IMG/VR virus record: IMGVR_UViG_3300035520_000350
Location: 1-32,465 of that record
Strand: one strand, 5' to 3'
Origin: a virus
Lineage: Duplodnaviria > Heunggongvirae > Uroviricota > Caudoviricetes
Length of the DNA stretch: 32,465 nucleotides
This document shows, piece after piece, positions 8,759 to 15,593 of this stretch; within the stretch, counting starts at the first letter, position 1; the number at the start of each line of letters is the position of its first letter. The notes below the pieces were generated by a model that was not told the DNA's origin, ran no database searches, and was given only the letters and a program-made list of their open reading frames with translations. The translations under genes and the position numbers were made by a program.

Positions 8759-8792
8759 ATAGAGTAGGAAGCCGTTAGACATCCTACTCTAT
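8759..8792. terminator. Hairpin downstream of the RNAP beta-prime gene
   Basis: ATAGAGTAGGA-N12-TCCTACTCTAT; same AGAGTAGGA arm as 6530-6559. Confidence 0.6.
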
Positions 8793-8806
8793 AGTTTATA
8801 GTTACT

Positions 8807-9058
8807 TTAATATCCTATACCGTAGATCTCTTTCTGCCTAGCTTTAACAGCCATGATCTTAGCTTTCTGAGTCTTGTTATAGTTGTTTCTTCCTAACCAC
8901 ATCAATGTATTAGCATTAATGATTGTATCACGTTGTACTAATACAGATGCATTGATCTTACCATCGTTCCTAGATATATACATAGCATTACGAGGATTGA
9001 ATATCTCATAACACCTCTCAAAGAACTTACGGTTTATGATCAAGAAGATATTGAGCGC
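8807..9058 (-). CDS. rpoC: RNA polymerase beta-prime N-terminal subunit, exon 5 (ALNIFLIINRK...YGIGY*)
   Basis: Extends the 78-aa track ORF 5 codons upstream to GCG(9058), just after a terminal G (9059). Joins in frame to DYDGD to give DYDGD-ALN. Confidence 0.85.
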   Translation of the reverse strand, partial: ALNIFLIINRKFFERCYEIFNPRNAMYISRNDGKINASVLVQRDTIINANTLMWLGRNNYNKTQKAKIMAVKARQKEIYGIGY

Positions 9059-9433
9059 CGTATTAGTCCATTGTTTCCAATGGTACTGACTATATTTTAC
9101 TATCTATAAAGATAGAATGCTCTTTCCAGCTACGTATCAATAGTAGCCGTACTCCTCCTCAAGAGGATAGTCGATACAGGTTTCTATAATAAAGTACATT
9201 ATAGTTTCCCACGGTAGTACCAAGCTAACCATATCTAAGATATGGTCCTTAGGCTTTCTTAGAGAGCTACTTCGTCTATGGTCTAAGGGTATATATCTCC
9301 TCTCGGCTTCATATACCAGTCTTATTCAACTCTTACCGTTAGCCATTATAATATAATGACCCCTGTGATGAACAGGAAAAGCATTTTCTGACACACCTAG
9401 TACCTAATTGCACCTATTTAGGTACGATCTGGT
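9059..9433 (-). mobile_element. Group I intron 4 (375 nt, no ORF), immediately after the catalytic DYDGD
   Basis: P7 strands ATCGACTAT (9175-9167) and ATATAGTC (9095-9088); P9 CCATTG-GAAA-CAATGG (9083-9068); 5' exon ends in U; terminal G. Confidence 0.85.
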
Positions 9434-9538
9434 ATCACCGTCGTAGTCCGCCGCCAAAGGTGGTAATATTTGCAGCGGAGTTTGCATTACAAAATCGTCA
9501 TTATAACCAACACAGAACATTTGCATAATTGAGCCGTA
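9434..9538 (-). CDS. rpoC: RNA polymerase beta-prime N-terminal subunit, exon 4 with the catalytic motif
   Basis: Translates YGSIMQMFCVGYNDDFVMQTPLQILPPLAADYDGD, matching bacterial beta-prime NADFDGD. Too short for the ORF track. Confidence 0.9.
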
Positions 9539-9958
9539 TATCTCTTCATACTAGTTCGCTACACTAGTACAGTTCTCTTATGAACTTCTATAGTTGTTGT
9601 CTATACGTTGAGACTATATCATCACCTTTTACCTATTTATATAATAAGCAGTCAGGTGTCCCTCCACTTCGAGTATACTATACTCTACATAATAGTCGTT
9701 GAACCTTTATCTATAATAAATATAGATACTTGGTTGCTGATTGGACATTGTTAACAACACTTAGGACCTATACTCCTATGCAAAAAAGTATAAGCTTTTA
9801 TTTCACCATATGTCATCTCTCTACTTGTTTCTGACTTTCGTCTCCTTTTATTAAGGCAAGAGAGCCTTAGCCTATTCCAGCTAGATCTTCTCAAAAAGAG
9901 TTAGATCATTCAAAGGGATTATACCACTATATTTCTATAATAGCAGCCTACGTAATCC
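9539..9958 (-). mobile_element. Group I intron 3 (about 420 nt; boundaries uncertain by 3 nt)
   Basis: AGCTGGAA (P), CAATCAGCAACCAAG (Q), GGTTCAACGACTA (9705-9693, R), GATGATATAGTCT (9623-9611, S). Confidence 0.88.
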
Positions 9959-9982
9959 AGCAATGGTCGGATTTCTATTAAT
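9959..9982 (-). CDS. rpoC: RNA polymerase beta-prime N-terminal subunit, micro-exon 3 (INRNPTIA)
   Basis: ATT AAT AGA AAT CCG ACC ATT GCT supplies the NRxPT motif (E. coli NRAPTL) missing from all neighbouring segments. Confidence 0.85.
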
Positions 9983-11207
9983 TGCACGATTTTAGGTATC
10001 ATTACGCACCTAATACACTTCGTAGAGTGTAGAGTAGTCTTTCACTACTTTCCAGAGCACATCTTTATCTGCCATATACTGTTACCATATATGGCAGATA
10101 GCAATCGTTTCTATTTAATGGATTTACTTAGAGCTAATATCACTCTAATACCAACCCCTAACGTTTGGGTTATACTATACTCAGTTCGTGTATACTATTG
10201 TATACCTTATTTTCAAAGAGCCTGGGCTATTTTCAGGTTGCCTCCCATTTAGATATTTCTATCAATGCTCTTATCTACCTTTCTATGCTCGTTGTACTAG
10301 AAATTATATTCACAGGTAATACTCCTCCAAGTTTTATACTTAATATTCTGAACTTGACCAAGATTAACCCCAGTAACTTCTGATATCTGTTTTAAAGTAA
10401 GATTTCCTTCTTGCAGACATTCGCAAACTGACCTAACTTGTTCTTCTGTAAGTTTAGAACTTTCTTCGATTTTTCCTGTATGAGGATGCTTTAAACCAAG
10501 TCTAATAGCTTCTTTTTGATTGTAAGAGCCATCACACCATTCCAAATTATCTGGATTGGCAATTCCTGGATAATCAATCCAGTTAGCAGTCTTTCTTCCA
10601 TTGATATGGTTAACCATCATATCCTCACAACCTGGAAAATATCTGAATGTAAGCATCATAAGACGATGTACTCTACAAGTGTGAGCCATACCATCTTTAA
10701 ACCTTAATACAGCAATTCTATATCCTGGACCATCCCATGAAGTACTCATAAAACGATTCATATAAACATGCCATATTCTTCCGAATGTACTTATTGCGTA
10801 ATAAGGCAATATTCCTGGAGCTGCTTGATCTGTTATCATTTCAAACCTTTCTCCTGGTAACCATTCTGGAACTACAAATACTGGTGATTGATGCTCCAAA
10901 TCATACTTAAATTCTTTAGATATTTTACCCATTTTAAGAAACCTCCTTGTAATGTATTTTAGGGTTATAGTAAGGTTTCTTAATTTGTTATAATATAATT
11001 CTAGTGCGGACTGTGGATTGTTAAAGTACTTAGGCTTACTATCACCATATACCATCCATAAGATTTGTTTCTAGGTTTCCCAAGCCTAATAAAATATTTC
11101 ATTTATTAGGCACTTATGGCTTTACCAGTTCCCCGCTTTTAGATTGCTGTTTCACAGAGAATCACTTCCCTGATGACCATTATTCAAAACCCAATGAATT
11201 ATTGTTT
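9983..11207 (-). mobile_element. Group I intron 2 (about 1225 nt) carrying an HNH homing endonuclease; boundaries uncertain by up to 4 nt
   Basis: AAAGCGGGGAAC (P) and GTCCGCAC (Q) lie 5' of the ORF. ACAACGAGCAT (10295-10285, R) and AAGATGTGCTCT (10065-10054, S) lie 3' of it, followed by a GAAA-capped P9-like hairpin. CTAGAATT/AATTTCTAG closes a stem around the ORF. Confidence 0.88.
10297..10932 (-). CDS. Intron-encoded HNH homing endonuclease (NUMOD4/I-HmuI-like N-terminus, C-terminal HTH)
   Basis: YAISTFGRI, RVHRLMMLTF, VNHINGRKTAN...NLEWC...YN. Start reassigned to ATG 10932 (AAGGAGG RBS). Confidence 0.9.
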   Translation of the reverse strand: MGKISKEFKYDLEHQSPVFVVPEWLPGERFEMITDQAAPGILPYYAISTFGRIWHVYMNRFMSTSWDGPGYRIAVLRFKDGMAHTCRVHRLMMLTFRYFPGCEDMMVNHINGRKTANWIDYPGIANPDNLEWCDGSYNQKEAIRLGLKHPHTGKIEESSKLTEEQVRSVCECLQEGNLTLKQISEVTGVNLGQVQNIKYKTWRSITCEYNF

Positions 11208-11462
11208 AATCACTGGCAACCCTTCAGGTGTACTGTTCTTGATTATTGTGTCGATTATACTTGCCACTCTATCGTCTTTTGTTGCTGTAGCACGATATAC
11301 TACATCATAAGCTTCAGAATAACTCATGTTATACAACCTGTTGAGTATATTGATAATCTGTGGTTGAAGCATTATCACAAGCATAGTATAAGGTAAAGTA
11401 ACCTGATCAATTCTTAATGATGGCTTCTGTGAGATTACCGCTCTACCCGAGAAGTTATATCT
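11208..11462 (-). CDS. rpoC: RNA polymerase beta-prime N-terminal subunit, exon 2 (RYNFSGRAVI...EGLPVI)
   Basis: Matches beta-prime RVDYSGRSVI...PVLL; begins right after a terminal G at 11463. Confidence 0.88.
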
Positions 11463-11799
11463 CCTTCTGTTCATTCAGATTCGTCACATCTGAACCAAAA
11501 CTCTAAAACTTCTAGAGTTGCTATATATTTCTATATAGAGCAGACTATATCTTCATCCAAGTATATACTTGGAGCTAACCATTTCGATTTGAGTCGACTT
11601 ATATTGCACCAATAATGCGACACCCCTTTTAATGACTTGGGCTCTACGTACTTACGTACTAGTCGTTGAACGCTTCTTATATATTGATATATAAGATTCG
11701 CAGCTAGTTCTCTTATAGACACTTCTCAAATCTATAAGCTTTTCCAGCATAAGGAAAGTCGGCATCTATATATTACTACATAGATGGGCTAATCTCTTA
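11463..11799 (-). mobile_element. Group I intron 1 (337 nt, no ORF)
   Basis: P1 GGU|UAA-GAGA-UUA-GCC with U.G at the splice site; TATGCTGGAAA (P); TTCAACGACTAG (11670-11659, R); AAGATATAGTCTG (11553-11541, S); GAAA-capped P9 (11538-11521); terminal G. Confidence 0.9.
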
Positions 11800-12855
11800 A
11801 CCTGCAACTAAAGATCTTAACTGCCCTTTCTTACCAGAGCAGATAGCAATAATCTCATCATGTAATTCCATGAACTTCATCTGTAACTTATACAACATTT
11901 GATTCTTCTTCTTTGGATCTCTCTGCATACGAGTCTTATCAGCGTTAATACGATGAACGTGTTTGTTGATCATATTATAGATACCATTGATAGGCTCGTA
12001 ATACATGTTCTTGTCTCTGATATCTGCTGGTCTAAGATGTGTAGTAAACACCGGAATAGAATGAGTGAATACTTTATCTCTATCCTGCATAATATCGTCA
12101 TAATAGTCTTTCTTCTTCGGATTCTTCTTGAGATAGTATTCCATAATCTCATCGAATCTCTGATAGAAAGCCATCATGCCAATTCCAAAGAATGGTTCAT
12201 TAGAAGGAGGGTTGATTACCTCACTTTCATGACCGTTCTGATCAATCTGTACATTATAGAACAAGATGTTCTGTAGTACAAATCCTTTCTTGGCATTCTT
12301 CTGCTCTACGTTAATCTTTGATTGACCAAAGAAAAACTCAAGAGACTTATAAATGTCTGGATGTATTACATGGTACTGATCTTTCAATACTACCCATCCA
12401 AACATCTCGAAGTTGTCGTCTACATACTTACATTTAGTATGACACTTCTCACAGACGATCCCATGATTTATACGGCTCTTAAGATTACCGCACTGACATG
12501 AGTATCGATCTGCAAACGGATTCAAGTCACCTAACTTCTGTCCATACTTGGTACTGAAGATTCCATTAGGATCTTTGATATCCTTCTTGATAGTTGCTTT
12601 TGGAGAAGATATGATGAATCCATTACCAGTGGCAATGTCATGATCTTTCTCTTCATCCAAGTTTATCCGTTCAAGTATAGTGTAATAATCGTACTCAGGA
12701 GAATACGGATAAGAGTACGATATGTTGATAGTAACTTCATTAGGTTTCTTTTCTTCATTGTCTTCCACAGGTGGTGTAATGAAGTTCTCACTACCAACAA
12801 ATGAATTCAACAGATCTTGTATATCATCGGTTAGAATTCCAGTTGAATCACTCAT
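11800..12855 (-). CDS. rpoC: RNA polymerase beta-prime N-terminal subunit, exon 1
   Basis: Zn finger CQCG...CEKC, IPVFTTHLRP, ends GKKGQLRSLVAG (E. coli GKQGRFRQNLLG); AAAGGAG RBS. Confidence 0.9.
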
Positions 12856-12943
12856 ATATTATGACTCCTTTCTCTTAATGATATAATTGGTTTGAACTTA
12901 AACTACCCTCCTTTCAAAGTTCGTATCTATAGTTTATTATTAA

Positions 12944-12989
12944 CAGACAAATTTGTCTGGAGCCATTAATTAGCTCCAGACAATGTCTG
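12944..12989. repeat. Four CAGACA/TGTCTG half-sites forming overlapping inverted repeats upstream of the beta-prime gene
   Basis: CAGACA-aatt-TGTCTG (12944-12959), TGTCTGGAGC-N9-GCTCCAGACA (12954-12982), CAGACA-a-TGTCTG (12977-12989). Confidence 0.7.
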
Positions 12990-13160
12990 CCAAAGTTCAC
13001 CTTTTCTCTTTAAGAGAGCTTTGTTGATAGCAAGTCTCAAAGTAGAAGCAGTTACCGAATCCAACTTACTATAGTCTATAGAAATAGTACCAGTAGTATT
13101 AGCTTTAATAAGCTTTTCTACTGTCTGGTAAGAGTCTTTCATCACGTCAATGCCTTCCAT
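12966..13160 (-). CDS. Small hypothetical protein (64 aa)
   Basis: Start reassigned to ATG 13160 (AAGGGAG RBS), overlapping the end of the upstream gene. Confidence 0.7.
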   Translation of the reverse strand: MEGIDVMKDSYQTVEKLIKANTTGTISIDYSKLDSVTASTLRLAINKALLKRKGELWQTLSGAN

Positions 13161-14175
13161 AGAGTATACTCCCTTCTTTTCTTTCAAGTAATATTTCTCT
13201 TCTGATAGCATCCTGATCATTAAGCAGCATTGCACTCATCTCGTTATAATACTCATCTCCCAGACCAAGATCTTTATATGTAGTATAAATATGAAACATC
13301 TTATACTGCTCTAAGATATAACGAAGTCCTACATCTGATGAATCATAGAACTCATCATCCCATTTGATACAGTTACTCAGTATCTTATCTGCTCCGGATT
13401 TAGAGAGATCATCATTGATAGTAGAGCAACAGAGTATTGCTTTATGCTTAAAGATCTTAGAAGCTTCCTTAAACCAAGGTAGTTCATAACTATCTTTATT
13501 AGCATTATCAATGATCAGATTGACATAGTTGACAAACTCTGCTTCGTCAATAAAGACAGTCATAGAATCGAGATTCTTAGCTACTCTTACAGCTTCCTCC
13601 GGAGACTGCATTCTTCCATGTGGATTTCCATACAAACTCTTAAACTTATCAATATCAAAGTCCCGGATACACTTTGGTAATAACTTGGTATACTCTTCCA
13701 TTGTATCTCTCAGTACATTATTATCCCTGACAGTTCTTGAGATCAAAGCAATGTTTAGGTTCTCTTCTTCGTCATCGATATAACCATCAAAGATTCTGAT
13801 CCAGTTAAGTAAAGCTAGAGTATATGATGTCTTCCTTAACATTCTTGGTTTTGTAACCCAAGAAGAGCATTCTCTCATTGTAAGATATACCTGAGCCATG
13901 TTGGAACGATCAAGTATATATGGCACTGTTCCGCCGCCTGCATCTGGTAAACGGATGATTCTTAAATAGTACCAAACATTTTCCATGCATTCTCTTATAA
14001 CAGCGAACTTCGTAGTCCAAGGTAAGTTCGGATCATAAGGATCTACGTTCAGAAGTAGATCATTATTAAGAGTAAGCATAAACTTGTTGTTCTTTACACC
14101 AACACTTTTCAGATATTTATGCATATCTAAGAAAGATTTGTTAGCCGGATTTAGATCATAATAGGGTTGATCCAT
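13147..14175 (-). CDS. Terminase large subunit-like ATPase paralog (no nuclease domain)
   Basis: Jumbo-phage terminase-type N-terminus (N.SFLDMH.YLK..G.KNNKFML.L), Walker A-like KPRMLRKT, Walker B VFIDEAEF; 342 aa from ATG 14175 (AAGGAGG RBS). Confidence 0.65.
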   Translation of the reverse strand: MDQPYYDLNPANKSFLDMHKYLKSVGVKNNKFMLTLNNDLLLNVDPYDPNLPWTTKFAVIRECMENVWYYLRIIRLPDAGGGTVPYILDRSNMAQVYLTMRECSSWVTKPRMLRKTSYTLALLNWIRIFDGYIDDEEENLNIALISRTVRDNNVLRDTMEEYTKLLPKCIRDFDIDKFKSLYGNPHGRMQSPEEAVRVAKNLDSMTVFIDEAEFVNYVNLIIDNANKDSYELPWFKEASKIFKHKAILCCSTINDDLSKSGADKILSNCIKWDDEFYDSSDVGLRYILEQYKMFHIYTTYKDLGLGDEYYNEMSAMLLNDQDAIRREILLERKEGSILYGRH

Positions 14176-14227
14176 TCTCTTATACCTCCTTTTATCTAAG
14201 TTACTAAAAAGTTTCAAGAATTGTGAT

Positions 14228-14243
14228 TATATATTATATACGT
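14228..14243 (+). promoter_or_regulatory. Putative early-type phage promoter (TATATATTATATACGT)
   Basis: Matches 2481-2498; precedes a small-gene cluster. Confidence 0.5.
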
Positions 14244-14271
14244 AGCTAGAAGAAAGGAGACATAAAAACAA

Positions 14272-14502
14272 ATGAGTTTAGCTAAACGTATTACACTCGA
14301 TGAGTTTATAGAGGAGGTGTGGAACATTGAACGTGTAAAGATTCATATTATCAGACAGGAGGACTTTGATAATGTATTAGTAGATCATTATCCTTACAGA
14401 GAAGCTTGTCCTATAGAGTATACTCTAGATCAGTTTCTCAATGAAAGGATATATCCTAATCTATATCCAATTCCATCTATGGTAATAGGAGTCAAGAAAT
14501 AA
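14272..14502 (+). CDS. Small hypothetical protein
   Basis: 76-aa ORF with AAAGGAG RBS. Confidence 0.75.
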   Translation: MSLAKRITLDEFIEEVWNIERVKIHIIRQEDFDNVLVDHYPYREACPIEYTLDQFLNERIYPNLYPIPSMVIGVKK

Positions 14503-14539
14503 AAAGAACTTAAAGAGAATCTAAAGGAGAGTTAAGGAT

Positions 14540-14986
14540 ATGAATAACAAGTATCATTCAGTAAATGTACCAATGTATAACTTTGCATTGATTACAGTAT
14601 CAAACCCAGAAGGCGGCGTTGTAGATATAAGTACTTATGGATTGAATAAGTATAATGGTTATGATCTACAGATCATTCCTGTACTAGGATATAGGGAGTC
14701 TATGAATCTACTATCTACTATAGCTAAGAATATCATTGACGAAGGTAAACCAGTTACAGATAATAGTGTTTTACACTATCTATCTGTGAAGAATGATGAA
14801 GCCATAGTGAAACTGATAAAAAGGACTAGCGATAGTAGAGTATTACTTAGAGTAATCATTCAAGATGAGCACGGAAGGTATCCATGGGATGAAGGATGTG
14901 ACCCGAAGTATACTAAGCAGTTTACTGATAGCGATGCTAGAAACAATGGGTTTATAGTCAATCGAGCTAAGAAGGTACCTGTATAA
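14540..14986 (+). CDS. DUF4262-like protein
   Basis: TYGL..., LRVIIQDEHGRYPWDEGC pattern recalled from DUF4262; AAAGGAG RBS. Confidence 0.55.
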   Translation: MNNKYHSVNVPMYNFALITVSNPEGGVVDISTYGLNKYNGYDLQIIPVLGYRESMNLLSTIAKNIIDEGKPVTDNSVLHYLSVKNDEAIVKLIKRTSDSRVLLRVIIQDEHGRYPWDEGCDPKYTKQFTDSDARNNGFIVNRAKKVPV

Positions 14987-14997
14987 GAGGTTTATAA

Positions 14998-15041
14998 GTG
15001 GGATGAGTAACAACAAAACTCATCCCACCTTTTTATTTTTT
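14998..15041 (+). terminator. Intrinsic terminator
   Basis: GTGGGATGAGT-N9-ACTCATCCCAC followed by CTTTTTATTTTTT. Confidence 0.85.
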
Positions 15042-15120
15042 GTTGTCATGGTAAAGATCTCCTGATAATATACTATTAACTTGTAAGAGAAAACTTTAAA
15101 TGAAAGAGAGGGCAAATTGT

Positions 15121-15588
15121 ATGGGTAATACAATGCACGTGACACTTGATCAACACAGACCATCTTCTTTTATAGAAGGTGATATCAAAGCAGTATTAGC
15201 TGCTATGGAAAAGAATGATGTAGATATTATCTACATTGTTTCAAACGAAGGAAGAACCGTAGAAGAAAAGTATAACAATCTGCGGTTAGTTCTGTCTCAG
15301 TTATCTGAGAACACAGATGAGCATACGGTAATACTGTCGGATGCTTACATTTCTGCTCAGGAATATCCGAAAGAAGTATATCCATTTCCGTATGGAATAA
15401 CTAATGAGAAGATCGAGTCTATTCTCGATCAGCAGTCGAAGATATTAGAGGATGCTGGATTCTTCAATATCAATGATTTCATCCAGTATGAGTACAAGAG
15501 AGGCTTCATCTACAAGAACAAGATCGGGAACGAAGTTATCGAGTTCATCAAAGGAACTAGTAAAAGAGCAGAAAAGGAAAGGAGTTAA
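15121..15588 (+). CDS. Hypothetical protein
   Basis: The track ORF starts at 15100; ATG 15121 has an AGAGGG RBS. No confident family. Confidence 0.7.
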   Translation: MGNTMHVTLDQHRPSSFIEGDIKAVLAAMEKNDVDIIYIVSNEGRTVEEKYNNLRLVLSQLSENTDEHTVILSDAYISAQEYPKEVYPFPYGITNEKIESILDQQSKILEDAGFFNINDFIQYEYKRGFIYKNKIGNEVIEFIKGTSKRAEKERS

Positions 15589-15593
15589 GAAAT

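Noticed and set aside
9751-9816. 21-codon ORF with an upstream AAAGGAG in intron 3
   Set aside because: The SD is too far from the ATG and there is no recognisable motif. At most a decayed remnant; cannot be supported.
10066-10100. 13-bp hairpin TATCTGCCATATA/TATATGGCAGATA as a terminator
   Set aside because: It lies directly 5' of the S element of intron 2, so it is better explained as an intron helix (P8-type).
10933-11055. Longer 252-aa start for the HNH gene
   Set aside because: The extension overlaps the intron P4-P6 core, and a strong AAGGAGG precedes ATG 10932.
8807-11474. Track ORFs 8807..9043 and 11199..11474 as stand-alone genes
   Set aside because: They are exons 5 and 2 of the spliced beta-prime gene; their nominal starts lack an RBS or lie in intron sequence.
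11531-11722. 63-aa minus-strand ORF inside intron 1 as an endonuclease remnant
   Set aside because: It runs through the conserved R and S ribozyme elements and has no RBS or nuclease motif.
15121-15588. GNAT acetyltransferase call based on ILEDAGF
   Set aside because: No acetyl-CoA-binding (Q/R)xxGxG motif seen; the evidence is too weak.
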